In this document: positions 10,951-23,996 of the stretch, piece after piece
How positions within the stretch are numbered: the stretch's first letter is position 1
Layout of the letters: each line of letters begins with the position of its first letter
From: Tubulanus polymorphus
Taxonomy: Eukaryota > Animalia > Nemertea
Assembly (NCBI RefSeq): GCF_964204645.1
Contig: NW_027437470.1
Location: forward strand, 9,001 to 73,000
DNA length: 64,000 nucleotides
Reading direction: 5' to 3'
Notes under the pieces: model-generated
Database searches by the model: none
Seen by the model: the letters and a program-made list of their open reading frames with translations, nothing else
Told to the model about the DNA's origin: nothing
Made by a program: the position numbers and the translations under genes

Positions 10951-13135
10951 GAAAATCTGCAGAATGACTCATATGTTTTCAACATCTACTACGTACTCGG
11001 CGTATACGACGACACGTGCGCGGGCAGTGGCGTATACATTAACTATGAATCAATATGCGAAAAACGTTTCATTTGAAACGAAAAATATTTAGAAATATTC
11101 GATCAACCGCTACCGGGGACCGGCTTCTCGCTACGTCAGTGGGCCACTCTTAGTGTGAGACACCGATGGTCCGTTGATTCGAGTTGGCTCCAAATAAGGG
11201 GCTACAGCCCCTAAATCCACCAAAAACGCCTCAAATTCCAAAATCCATTTTTGAGTGTACAAAAATCCCTCAAAAGTTAGCCATGGCCCCTTCAAATTGG
11301 TGGTGCTAAGAATTGCGCCTAGTCAAGGGTTTAAACTTCGCGTTCGATCGAGGGTTTTCGATGAAGAATGTAAGATACTATATTACGAATGCCGATGACC
11401 AAAGAGTTTAAAAAAAAGTCCGACACACGCGGAATCGGTTTAGTGTACTATGATTTCAACGAATGAATTGAAAAATGGACATGAATTAAAAATACTAAAG
11501 ATAACATAAATTTATTGAATGAATTATTCATTAAATATCAGAATGGAGTTCTGGATTGTATCACTCTCAGCTCCTGGCCCTAGTCCAGCTGATTCGTTTA
11601 TCTCGACGTTTTTTGCGACGGGTGCAAACGCACCATACAAGCAACGTTCCGGTGTTCCGCTAATTCCCTGTCTAAAAAAATGTTACTTGATATTTCCATG
11701 GATCTCTTATCTTTACAAATGTAAGAGCTGTTGTGTTTTGCTGAACACTTATTTATGTGGTTCCTGTAGTTTTGTCAACTCTCGACTCTCAACGGGTGGT
11801 CTAGTGGACTCATCAGTCTGCCCCGGTAGCTCGATAGGGATGGAATTTAGCTGGGGATTTTAAACCTTGAGAGACTGGAGAGCACGGGAGTTCTTAATCT
11901 GGAGACCAGGGCGATGTGCGGGTTCCCGGGTTGTTTGGGATTCAAGAACTCACTGGCAGGGGTCAAACAGCGGAGGAGGGGTACAAGAGGGCCGGGATTT
12001 CCGGCTGCGGAGTTCTTTTTTAGAATTTTTATTTCTGATGCAGAAAAGCCGGCGTTCGGTGAGCGGTGAAGTAGTTATTTTTTCTGCAGGCAGTGAGTAA
12101 CCGGAACCCCGGCTCCTGAACACCAGGCTGTTTTCAGACCAAAGGAAGACAAGAAATAGCACCATATTATGAACTTGAACAGTTTGATATCTTTTTAGTT
12201 TTGTGATTTGAAAAAACTTTTCGTCTCCCGCGGGAGAGAAACGGCCGGCGCGCCTGAGTCCAGGGTGTTCACAGTATGGCCTAATATCGTTGTGTCCGGT
12301 CCAGGTGTCCATATCCAAAAGAAATATATTTCTGGTTTGAATAAAATGTTGACTATGTTGATTTTCGTATAATTGACGATGATTGTACGCTTCACCGTAT
12401 TAAACGATTTATATGCAGTAAATATTGAAAAACATACACTGAGGTGGCGCTAGCGGACGGACACCCGTACTGTAAATAAGTCGTATCTCGTATGTCATAT
12501 CTCGTATGTTGCATCTCATATCTCGTATCTCGAATGTTGTCTGAGGTCTTCCATAGTTTTTGCAATATGGCCGGCATTTTGATAGCGAAAACGACCTTGG
12601 AATCTAATTGAACACTAAGAATGTGTATCCGTAACCGAAAATTGAAAGGTAGTTAACGCGTCCTGGAACTAGGGTCAACCCTGTGAACTTCATCTTCAAA
12701 ACAAATTTGTTGAACAGCAGTGTATCGAAAAACTGTACGTACAGTGTACTGCGAACTGAACGCGGCGTCTTCTCACTTAGAAAATCATCGACTTGACAGA
12801 TTAGTTCGATTTTCGACCGCGGCGGCGCTATACAACATTGGACAAAAGAAACTTTCTACCTTTTGCTCGATCAAGTCGGTCATGACGACGACCTTAAGGC
12901 ATGTCTCTGTAACCGAAGGTAGAGCATAAAACACGGTTCAGGACTCGTCAGCGGACACCGGCCCGGAAAACATTTCAAAACGTGTATTGTCGGTACCTAG
13001 CACGATTTCGGCGTTTTTCGGGAATTCCCTGAAATTTCGGCGTTTTTCGGAAATTCCCTGAAATTTCAGCGTTTTTATTTCAGCGTTTCAGCTTTTCAGT
13101 GTTTCAGCTTTTTCAGCGAAGTTCAGGAACCGCAA

Positions 13136-16100
13136 TATTGTTGTGATCCGATGGTCAATTGAATACTTCTTCATTATATGGAAAATGCCTCTTTTCTTAG
13201 GCCTTCTATTGGTCAGCGTTGTGATCACTTAAAATTACCCTTAAGTTTGAATTCTCACTGAACTACTACATCACTATAACCAATATATATATTTCATATC
13301 AGGCGATTAACTTTGATATGTGGTGGTCAGTGGACAGCAGCTACGAAACTACTACCATTCCTTCTATATTCAATAATATGATATGATATGATATGATATC
13401 TTCTTTAATGTTCAGTTTAAACGTCTTGAACGCAAAAGTTTGAAAAGTTTCGCATGTTGGTACCGATACGCACGTTCATGCGTTACAGGCTCTTAATGCG
13501 CACGTTACAATTACAAATCGAAACGTTGTTCGTTCAAAAACCCCACGTGAAAAACTTTTGCATTTAGTAGGAAATTTCAAAGTTAGCTCGCTACCTACAA
13601 TAAAAATCTGACAAGACTTTTCAAGCGACAAATTTAAATGTAAGAGCTAGTAGTACTAACGAAGGATTCAGGCAATTCCCCGTGTCATTTCTAAAAACAT
13701 TTAACCGGAAATTAGACAGTACTTGTGTAGCTTGTACAGGTAAAAGAGTTGTTATATTTACGTTCAGGCCAAATGAAATTATTTGATACCAGACACGACA
13801 AAGTTGTTTCCGAAACAGATAACTATGTGGTCAGTATTGGTCAAGATTTGGTCAGTTGAATAGTTGTTAGATGAAAGCCCACACCATATCTAATTATTTG
13901 ACACCAAACACGACTGTGTTGCTTCTAAAATAGACAAATTACTTTAGGGTCAGTATTGGTCAAAAATTGGTCAGTTAAATAGTTTTCAGATTAAAGCCCG
14001 CACCAATATAGTCGCTCGACGCCCAAACACGATTTTATTGCTTTACTAAACATATAAATTACTTGGTGGGTTCTGGTTAGCACTCGTAACTAGTACTGGT
14101 CAGTTAAACAATTTTAGATTAGGCCTGATGCCCACATCATATCTAGTTATTTGACACCAAACAACTTATTTTTTTGCAAAACAAATAATTTACTATACGG
14201 TGCTGGTCATGCATTGGTCAGTTAATAGACCATATGGTCCACGCCACGAGTTATTTGATACCAAACATGATTGGATTGTGTTGTTTCGAAAATCTGTTGG
14301 GCAATTTGTGGTCAGCCCTGGTTCGTTTATAGGTTCTTATTTTGCAGGCATCTCGAACACCGAAAGATTGAATTACTAATTAATTCAACAGATATCATTA
14401 ATTAATGGAAATGAAAGTTTCGACGAAAGACCGTCCGTGACCGTCATTTTCGTCGCCGCGATTTAGCCAATGCCCATGTGTCCCGGATGTAAACTACACT
14501 TTTTGAGAAGGACGGTATGGAGAAATATAGAAAATTAGAATTTGCCTCACACGCGCGATTAACTTAAGGAGCTTCCAGCTCGCGCCTTCGGCGCTCGCTG
14601 TGCGCTTAGTATTTTTAGTTCCTATTTCTCCGTAGAAACCGATTGGAAGACTGGATTCGAATCCCACAAAAAGCACAGTCCCTTAGCAACGGGTCGAATT
14701 TTTTAGAATAACAAGCGCGCCGGTTTCACAGCATCACTAAGGGTCGAGTCCCGGAGAACAACGCACGCGCGCGGTCCACGTGTTACAAAATGACCGTCCC
14801 GCTCCACACAAGTACTGAATAATCAACTCAAAATTTTGCCAATCCCTGGGAGTAAAATGCCGTGTGTTTTTTTAACATATCGTATCTTTATGTGTTTTTT
14901 ACTCCCGTTTTTCAAACGTTATTCCCCTTTTCCGTTTCGAGTAAAATACGTATACGCTATAATCTGTACTTAAAATACCGTTGTTCCATTAATTCCGTAC
15001 CCATGCAACCCGTTGTAATACTTAGGAACAAATCTTTAGTAGTGTAAAAAATATAAAACTATTGAAGCCATGAGATTTAATGTAGAAATCTGTCGTTTTT
15101 TAACTACAGAAAATTTTGTTTTCGTGTAATCGATAAAACAAGAGGCTCTCAATATGTAATCAACATTCCCAAACTCCCATGTTGTTTTTCGCAAAAAAAT
15201 GATTTTTTTCTTTTTTAATCACGGGTCCCTTGATTCGCTCGAAGATCTATCATATTTTCGGTGATTTTCTTTGGTCCCGCCACCGGGTGCCTTCCTTCAT
15301 AACCTACATTTTTTACAATGTAGAACTTGGGAACACAGTTCTTGCGTAAAACATATAAAACTATTCAAGCCGTTCGTAAAAAAATATCAGATAAGTGCGT
15401 ATATAATATCATATAAGACATTACGAGAATGCCGGTTTGCTAGCGTATCTATTTGACACCCGTATTGCTCGGGTTAGTTTTACTATCAACGGGTGGCGCT
15501 GTATGTAAATTTCACATAAATCAACGACTTTCGGCTATTAGCGGTACTTAAGACCACTTGAAAACATCATAGTCAATTACGGTAGTAGTGAACATAAAAA
15601 GATACAGTACAAAGATACAGTACGGTGTACAGTTAAGGACATGATTCCATAGGACCCATACCAGAGACATTTTGTTCAGACAAGGACTGTTAGTTAAACA
15701 CTAATCTTCATTATCAGCAATTAACGATCTGGTGAATTAATTAGTGATTCGGTCTTTCGGTGGTTCGAGATAAAATGCCCGCAAAATAAGAACCTAACGA
15801 ACCAGGGCTGACCACAAATTGCCCAACAGATAAATTTTCGAAACGACACAATCCAATCATGTTTGGTATCAAATGTGGCGTGGACCATGGTCTTTTAACT
15901 GACCAATGCATGACCAGTACTGACCATATAGTAAATTATTTGTTTGCAAACAATTAAGTTGTTTGGTGTCAGATAACTAGATATGATGTGGGCATTAATC
16001 TAAAAATTGTTTAACTGACCAATGCTTGACCAGTACAGACCAGTTACCAGTGCTAACCAGAACCCCCATAAGTAATTTATATGTTTAGTGAATCCTTCGT

Positions 16101-16661
16101 TAGTACTACTAGCTCTTACATTTAAACTTGTCGCTTGAAAAAGTCTTGTCCGATTTTTGTTGTAGGTAGCGAGCTAACTTTGAAATTCCGCTAAAATGCA
16201 TAAGATTTTTACGTAGGGTTTTGAACGAACAACGTTTCCATTTGTAATTGTAACGTGCGCATTTGAGCCTGTAACGTGCACATTTCACTCGCGTGAACGT
16301 GCGTATCGGTACCAACATGCGAGACTTGTCAAACTTTTACGATCAAGACTTTTAAACTGAACAAAGAAGATATGATATCATATCATATATATGAATAATG
16401 AATAAATGGAAGATAATGTAGTAGTTTGAAATGTTTCGTAGCTGCTGTCCACTGACCACAGATCAAAGCTTATTGCCTGATATGAAATATATTTTTGTTA
16501 TAGAGATGTAGTAGATCAGTGAGAATTCAAACTTATGGTTAATTTTGAGTGATCACAACGCTAACCAATAGAGAAAGCTGTAAGGCCTAAGAAAAGATGC
16601 ATTAAGTATAACATATCTTTCAGTATAATGACGAAGTATTCAACTGGCCATCACAACAATA
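13136..16661. mobile_element. Foldback-like element with ~1-kb inverted arms
   Basis: Arm 13136-~14403 is the reverse complement of ~15718-16661. The right arm lacks the segment matching ~13670-14045. Non-coding spacer of ~1.3 kb. Confidence 0.8.
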
Positions 16662-17161
16662 GTTTGACTTATCTTATTGAAAAATACCGGAGTGTTAATG
16701 GGAAATAAATAGAATATCGTTTTTCAATCATACGTACACGAATTATCGCGATATAAAGATAAATAATATGTTCATATACTTTTTACGTCTTATACTGTAT
16801 ATTTCTTCAGTAGTATAAAGAGTGGATCAGCAGGCCACCTGAGACCATTCCACGATCTAAGGTCAGTTGCCAAAAGTTGGTAAGTTTACCAGTGGATAGT
16901 TTACATTTATAATGACAATTAAATTTTCATTGCTAAAATAACTTTGTACTTGTTGACTCAAAAGCAGAGAATTGAAAACACGATAATACGATACGAAAAC
17001 TCAGTGTACAAATTCAAAAAGATTATCTCTAGTGAGAGATCGAACGTTGTGTCGTAATTTTCTAATGATAAAACATGGTTTGAAATTTGAAATGTGTACA
17101 TAGTTGATCTTTTTCAGTGTATTTAGTCATGTATCATATTGGATGATGGTTAATTTAAACT

Positions 17162-17720
17162 AGTAATAGGGGTAATGGGCTTTCAAGCCAAAGGTCGAAC
17201 GGTCGAAGCTCATTAAAAACAAAACATTAAAAGCAATTTAAAACTATAATATATTTTCATAACCGTGTGTATTTTATATTATAACTAAATATTTATTCTA
17301 AGATATCAATAATTTAAATTTAAAAAGCATATTGTATTAAATCAATTGGTCGCTCCACTTCGCTACCGCTCCGCTCCGCGACCAATTGATTTATTTACAA
17401 TACACAAATTCATATAGTCAAATATATTTTAATAATAATTATTATTCTATTATTCAACTGAAATGCACACGGTTATGAAAATATATTATAGTTTTAAATT
17501 ACTTTTAATGTTTTGTTTTTTAATGAACTCGACCATTCAACCTTTAACCTGAAAGCCCATTACCCCTATTACTCTTAAAATATTCATGTAAATGAATAAC
17601 ATTTAAATTGACAGATTATTCAATATAAAAGTATATATTTACAACATTATTTCAATATTCATATTTGTATGAGATTTTTAACATTAAAAGTGTTAGTAAA
17701 GTGTGATTGAAATAATGCAT
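17162..17720 (+). repeat. Left TIR of the Polinton; its first 412 bp form a palindrome
   Basis: Reverse complement of 35735-36295 with scattered substitutions. 17162-17573 is self-complementary. Confidence 0.93.
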
Positions 17721-17774
17721 GATATAAATCATTGAACTTCTAAAATCAATTTTAATAAAAAATTTAGAATTAAA

Positions 17775-20700
17775 ATGGAAGCAAATAAGTACTACTGTCC
17801 AACAGTATAATATCAATATAGATAAATCACAAAAAGCAAGACACAATAAAACTAAAACACATTTAGAGAATAAATTAAAATTAGAATATAAAGATGATAT
17901 ATTAGAAACTAAATTAGATGAATTAAAGAATGAAAAAGAAACATACAAATGTGATACATTTAATCAATCATTCAGTGATAAAAGATATTATAATGAACAT
18001 TTAAAATCTAAAAGTCATATTAGAAATAAGAATAATGATATTTTAGGTGAAGATTATTTTGATAAAGATAATGATAAGAAACAGAAGACAATTAAAAGCA
18101 TAAAAAATAAATTAAACAATAAAAGACCATACATGGAAGATGTAAGAAATTATATTAATTCATTAGATAATAAAAAAGATATAGAGATAACCGAAGCATT
18201 TAAAAGTGATATTGGTCCAGCAGCTATCGAGTTTAAATTTCATAAAGGAAAAACATTAGAAGAAAATAAAAAACATTTAGAAAATATGAAAGAAATAATA
18301 AAAATAATAACTGATGTTGAATATCCTAAAATAAGTATATCTTCTAAAGTTAAATTCATAAAATCTGAAGATAAACCAATATATAATATAAATTCTCATT
18401 CACAACATATTATATATAAACAACATATAGATGATAAAATAGATAAATGTTATAATGAAGTAAAAACTAAAATAGAAGAGAAATATTTTGAAGGGTCTGG
18501 TTTAATATTTGATGAGATGATATTTATGACTTTACATGTTTATAACACAAAATATAATAAGTTAACTAAATCAAAACCAATTGATGAAAATAATGTATCA
18601 TATTATAAAGAACCAGATATTGAAGCATCGAGTTATATTAAACTACCATTTAAAACTAATGCTGTTATAAATGTACAAAATGAAGATGATAAATGTTTTC
18701 TATGGGCTATAATAAGTTGTTTACACCCAGTTGAAGATTATAAACAACATAGTTTTAGATTAACTCATTATAAACAATTTGAAAATAATTATAAGATAGA
18801 TAAGTATCCTGTTATAACTAAAAACATCCCAAAAATAGAAAGAGATAATAATATAAAGATAAATGTATTTGATTTAATCAAATTACCAAATACAAAAGGT
18901 AACAATATAAAACATTATACATTAGAACCTTTATATCTATCAAAAGATTATGATTCAAACGATGTAATAGATATACAATATTATGAGAATCATTATATGT
19001 GGATTAAACAAATCGATTTATTTCTTAAATCAGAAAGTGATCACCATAAAATATATCTTTGTAGAAAATGTTTACATAGATTCAGTAATGAAAGTACATT
19101 ATTAAATCATAAACAATTATGTGAAAATCATGATTATTGTAAATTAGTTTTACCAAATGAAAAAAATAAAATATTAGAATTCAAAAAATATGATTACAAA
19201 AATAAAGTTCCATTTGTTATATATGGAGATTTTGAATCATTAAATAAAGAATTAACTGATCAAGATAGAAAAGAAATATATTATAAAAGAAAGAAATTAA
19301 ATTCTAGTGAAAATGATTTTTCAGATGAACCACCAAAAACAAATACAATTAAAAAGATTCATCAATCAGCTGCTGCTTTCGGGTTATATATTAAATCTGA
19401 TTATCCAGAACTAATTGAAAGTGAATATTATCATTATAGAAATGAAAATGTTATCAATCATTTTTGTGACTTATTAATTGAATATGAAATAAGATTTAGT
19501 AAATTATTGAATACAAATATCGAAATTATAATGACGGAAGAAGATAAAGAAGCATTTGAGTTTGCAGATAAATGTTATTATTGTGAAAAGATATTTAATT
19601 ATAAAGATAAAAAAGTAAGAGACCATGATCATTTGAATGGAAAGTTTAGAGGCGCTGCACATGAGAATTGTAACTTACAAGCTAAGAAAATTAACTTTGT
19701 ACCAGTTATATTTCATAATCTATCAGGATATGATGCACATTTATTCATCAAACAGTTATGCCATAAAATAGGAGAAATTAATAATGAAATAGAAAGATTA
19801 AATTCAAATAGATCAAAAGATAAAATACCAACTTATAAATTTAGAATGTTAGCTAAAACATCTGAGAATTATATATCATTCCAATTTGGTTGCCTAAGAT
19901 TTATAGATTCATATAGATTTTTAAATAGTTCATTAGATAACTTATCAAAATCATTAGTTGATGATGAATTAAAAATATTAAAGCAACATTACCCAAATAA
20001 TGATGATTTTCAATTAATGAGATATAAAGGAGCAATTCCATATTCATTTTATAAATCACATAATGATTTCAATATAACTGAATTATTGAAAGAACAATTC
20101 TATGATGAATTAAAAAATGAATATGTTAAAGATGAAGTCTATAATAGAACATTGATTATTTGGAATCATTTCAAAATAGAAAATCATGGACAATTAGTAG
20201 ATTTATATTTAAAATCAGATGTATTATTATCAACCGATATATTCGAAAGGTTTAGAGATGTAAACCTAAAATATTTCAATATTGATCCTTGTCATTGTTA
20301 TCCATCACCAGGATTAACATGGGATTGTGGATTAAAATTTACAGATATAAAAATGGATTTGTTAACAAATATAGATCAATTACTATTATTTGAAAAATCT
20401 ATAAGAGGAGGAGTTTCAGGTGTATTAGGTGATAGATATTTCAATGTAAATGATAACCCCGGATATAAGTTATTATATATAGATGCAAATAATTTGTATG
20501 GTTGGGCAATGATGGAACCACAACCTTATGGAGTATTTGAATTAACTGAAGTTTTACAGAATGAAAATAATAATAAATTTGATTGGAAGAAAAGAATTTT
20601 AGATATTGCAGATGATTCAGATACTGGTTACTTCTTTGTTGTAGATTTAGAATATCCTGAAGATAAAAAATTTAAATCTAGAAATCTAGCTTACTGTCCC

Positions 20701-21814
20701 GAACATAAAACTGTAACTCATGAAGAATTATCAAATTATCAAAAAAGAATTAAACCCGAAAATCATATTCATACAGAAAAGTTAATGGTAACTCAAGAAG
20801 ATAAATATAATTATGTAGTACATTACAGAATGTTAAAGTTTTATTTGAATCAAGGAATGATTATAAAAAAAGTACATAGATATATTTCATTAAGCCAATC
20901 TAAGTGGTTAGAAAAATATATAGATTTTAACACCAAACAGAGAAATGAAGCTAAAACTGATTTCGAGAAAGATTTCTTCAAGTTAATGAATAATGCATTC
21001 TATGGTAAGACTTGTGAAAATATTAGAAATAGAAATGATATTGAGTTAGTTAGTAATGGTAAAAGAATTAGACATTTACAAACATACCCTAAGTTCATTG
21101 GTAACAGAATATTTGATGAAAATTTAGCAGCAGTTAAGATGAGAAGAACATCAATGAAATTTAATAAACCAATTTATGTTGGCGCTTCAGTTTTAGAATT
21201 ATCAAAATTACTAATGTATGAATTCTATTATAATGTATTACAACCACTTTTTGGAGAAAAACATATAGAAATATTATATTTTGATACTGACAGTTACATA
21301 TTAAAGATAAAAACTGATAACATAACTGATGATTTAAAAACATTAAAACATCATTTTGATTTCAGTAATTATCCTAAAGATCATGAATTGTTTAGCAATG
21401 ATAATAAAAAAGTTCCAGGGAAGTTTAAGGATGAATTAGGCGATGAAGAAATGATTGAATTCATCGGTATTTGATCTAAAATGTATTCATATAAAACTAA
21501 AGAACATGAAGCTAAAAAGTTAAAAGGAATAACCAAAAGTGTAGTAGAAAAGAATATTCATTTCAAAGATTACATCAATTGTATATTCAATGAAGAAGTT
21601 AGAAAACATAAGATGAGATGTTTAAGATCTGAAGATCATGAAATGTTTATTGAAGAAATTGAAAAGATAAGTCTAAACCCATTTGATGAAAAGATATATT
21701 CTGGATGATGGAATTCATACAGTTGCTTATGGTTGTAATTTAGATGAATACTTAAAATTTAAAAGAGAAGAAACAAAAGAGAACGGGATAATGAAAAGAA
21801 TTCTAACGTGTTAA
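17775..21814 (+). pseudogene. polB: Protein-primed family B DNA polymerase with N-terminal C2H2 zinc fingers and an inserted endonuclease VII-like domain
   Basis: ExoI YGDFES, ExoII FHNLSGYD, polymerase motifs YIDANNLYG, KLMNNAFYGK, YFDTDS; CYYC...RDHDHLNGKFRGAAHENCN (EndoVII). Lesions: frameshift near 17800, nonsense TGA at 21472 (IGI*SKMY), frameshift near 21690 (DEK/RYILDDGIHTVAYG). Confidence 0.93.
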
Positions 21815-21843
21815 TCAAATTTTAATAAAAATATGTATTATAA

Positions 21844-22197
21844 ATGGAGAGTAAACAAGCGCACAGTGAGAACAACAAATCATTTCTAGATAGAATAAAA
21901 GATACTTCAAATGTCAAATCAGTAGATTATAAATTTAAGAAGTTAAAAGAATTAATAATCCATAAGAAATATCTAATTACAAATATTGATACAGTAACTA
22001 ACAAATATGGAGATAAATTAGTTATACACTTAGAATATGAAGGATTAAAAGGAAATACATATAAATTCAGAACATATTTACCGGATAGATTTCATAGATT
22101 ATCAAGTGAAGATCTAGAAGAATTATGTTCTGGAGATTTCTATTTCGTATACAAAGGTAAGAATGAAAAAGGGCATCATGAAATAGATTTCGAATAA
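21844..22197 (+). CDS. Small Polinton protein, candidate OB-fold ssDNA-binding protein
   Basis: Intact 117-aa ORF directly after polB, with a beta-rich pattern FKKLKEL..Y.I....NKYGDKLVIHL...YLPDRF. Function is inferred. Confidence 0.5.
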   Translation: MESKQAHSENNKSFLDRIKDTSNVKSVDYKFKKLKELIIHKKYLITNIDTVTNKYGDKLVIHLEYEGLKGNTYKFRTYLPDRFHRLSSEDLEELCSGDFYFVYKGKNEKGHHEIDFE

Positions 22198-22214
22198 GAA
22201 AATATGTAAAATAA

Positions 22215-22970
22215 ATGGCGGAATTAAAAGAATACAGAATATTTGTTGATTCTAGAAGTCTTACAAATTATAAATCTCATAATTTACTAGTTCAATTAGA
22301 TAGAGAATTTAAGAATTGTGTAGATTTAAAATTAGTAAATATAAGTTTATGATATTCTTTTCATAATATATCGAATAAAAGTCTTGATCATTTAGCTTTT
22401 AAAATTAATGTTAGAAATTTGAATAAATGGTTTCATCTTTATCTAAAACCAGGATTATATAATTGAGAAACATAAGCGCAAGAAATTAATAGAAGAGCTC
22501 GTTTAAAAATGGGCGCAGCTGCTAGATTTGAAATTAAATTTATCAAAAGTGATAGTTCGAATAAAATAAGAATAAAGTTAACTAATGAACAACATAGATT
22601 TCTAGTAAGAAAACCTTTAGCTAAACTGTTTGGAATTCTCCCGGATAGAGATTATTCAAGTATCGAAACTTATACAAATTTAATGACTTTTACACATTTT
22701 TTCATTTATTGCAATTTAATCAATCCTAAAAAAACATTTGAAGCAACTAAAGATACAATTTGTAATTCTAGTATATTAAATATTTTACCATTAAAAAATG
22801 TCAAACAATTTGGAACTCAAATAAATTATAATTTAACTGAATGTGATTTCAAACCTTGTATTCCACATTTCAATAATTTTAAGTTAGAAATAAGAAACCA
22901 TAATGGTTATTTAATTGATTTGAATAACTTTCCTGTGATATATGAATTAGTTATAAGATGTAGAGAGTAA
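22215..22970 (+). pseudogene. Minor capsid (penton) protein
   Basis: N-terminus MAELKEYRIFVDSRSLTNYKSHNLLVQLDREF...ISL*YSFHNI; C-terminus FIYCNLI...ILNILPL...FNNFKLEIRNHNGYLIDLNNFPVIYEL matches the single jelly-roll penton pattern. Internal stop codons. Confidence 0.75.
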
Positions 22971-22986
22971 TTTTTTCACTATATAA

Positions 22987-23343
22987 ATGAATATAACTGT
23001 TGGGCCGAGCATATGTTTTGGATTTGATTTTAAACGTGAGAAAGAAATGAAATTTAACGTTAATGATGTAATTACACATATCAAAAATATTACATTTTCT
23101 AATGACACAACATTTGAGTATGAAACAACCATAGATAAAGAAACTTTAAATGTAGAAAAGATTACTAATTTAATTAGAGAATCTTTAAGATTTTATGAAT
23201 TAGATGAAGATTTTATCATCGATGATATTAAAAAAATAATAATTGAAATATATACAAATGAAACTAGTAATGAAATAAATGTTGAAATAATCATAAATAA
23301 GTTAACTAAATATTTTGATGATAGTAATTTTTTTGATAAATAA
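22987..23343 (+). CDS. Hypothetical viral protein
   Basis: Intact 118-aa ORF starting at an ATAAATG motif. Confidence 0.55.
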   Translation: MNITVGPSICFGFDFKREKEMKFNVNDVITHIKNITFSNDTTFEYETTIDKETLNVEKITNLIRESLRFYELDEDFIIDDIKKIIIEIYTNETSNEINVEIIINKLTKYFDDSNFFDK

Positions 23344-23538
23344 ATGAGTGATAATAAGTGGATAATAACTGGATTATATAATGGAGCATGACTATCAGTT
23401 GGAACTGTTAGTTATTCAATGGTATTAAAAAAAGTATTTAAAATGGGAAGTGTTAATGTTGATAGATTTGATATAAATGATATTTTAAAATTAACATTAG
23501 CAGTCACAAAAATATATTCCTCCCATATAAATGCGTAA
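23344..23538 (+). pseudogene. Small hydrophobic viral protein, disrupted
   Basis: MSDNKWIITGLYNGA*LSVGTVSYSMVLKKVFKMG...DILKLTLAV; internal stop and probable deletion; ATAAATG start. Confidence 0.5.
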
Positions 23539-23554
23539 TTATTTTACTAAATAA

Positions 23555-23977
23555 ATGGCTTCTGCAATTATAACTATTATAGGATCGGCAATTGTTAACG
23601 CTTTAGCATTTACTGGCGGCGGTTATTTATTTAAGCATATTGATAAGAATAGTTCATTAGGAGAACAAAGAAGACATAACTTAGCATTAGAGAAATACAA
23701 TAAAGCAGCAGAAGAATACATAGAAAAACGACAAAACTATATGGATTACATCAATAAAGAATTATATGATCAGAAGATTTCACATAGAGATTTTCAATCA
23801 GTTGATGATGCAATGAGTTTATATAACGCAGTAACAAATAAAGAAAAATTACATCTATACAAACCTAAATTATCAGATTATTATACCCCAAGTAATGAAC
23901 AGAAGTAATATGAAATAATTTGGATTTTAGGTGGAACAGTTATTGTTATATTTGTGGCGTATAAGTTTACTAATTAG
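23555..23977 (+). pseudogene. Viral membrane protein (N-terminal hydrophobic helix, coiled coil, C-terminal TM)
   Basis: MASAIITIIGSAIVNALAFTGGGYLF...RRHNLALE; premature TAA at 23906, followed in frame by YEIIWILGGTVIVIFVAYKFTN. Confidence 0.65.
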
Positions 23978-23996
23978 TAATTTTTTTGCTAAATAA

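Larger units (their letters stand above)
6191..12555. mobile_element. 6.4-kb TIR DNA transposon, IS3EU-like, without a recognisable transposase
   Basis: Inverted termini TATGGAAGACCTCAGAC (6191) / GTCTGAGGTCTTCCATA (12555), each followed internally by ATACGAGAT(A) microrepeat arrays. TAY..RTA termini are characteristic of IS3EU. No TSD visible. Confidence 0.6.

Noticed and set aside
6411-11163. 14-bp direct repeat TTAGTGTGAGACAC at 6411 and 11150
   Set aside because: A few 14-mer matches are expected by chance in 64 kb, and no element boundaries support it.
11519-12395. Short ORFs in the right part of the IS3EU-like element
   Set aside because: No recognisable domain or consistent exon chain; a transposase could not be supported.
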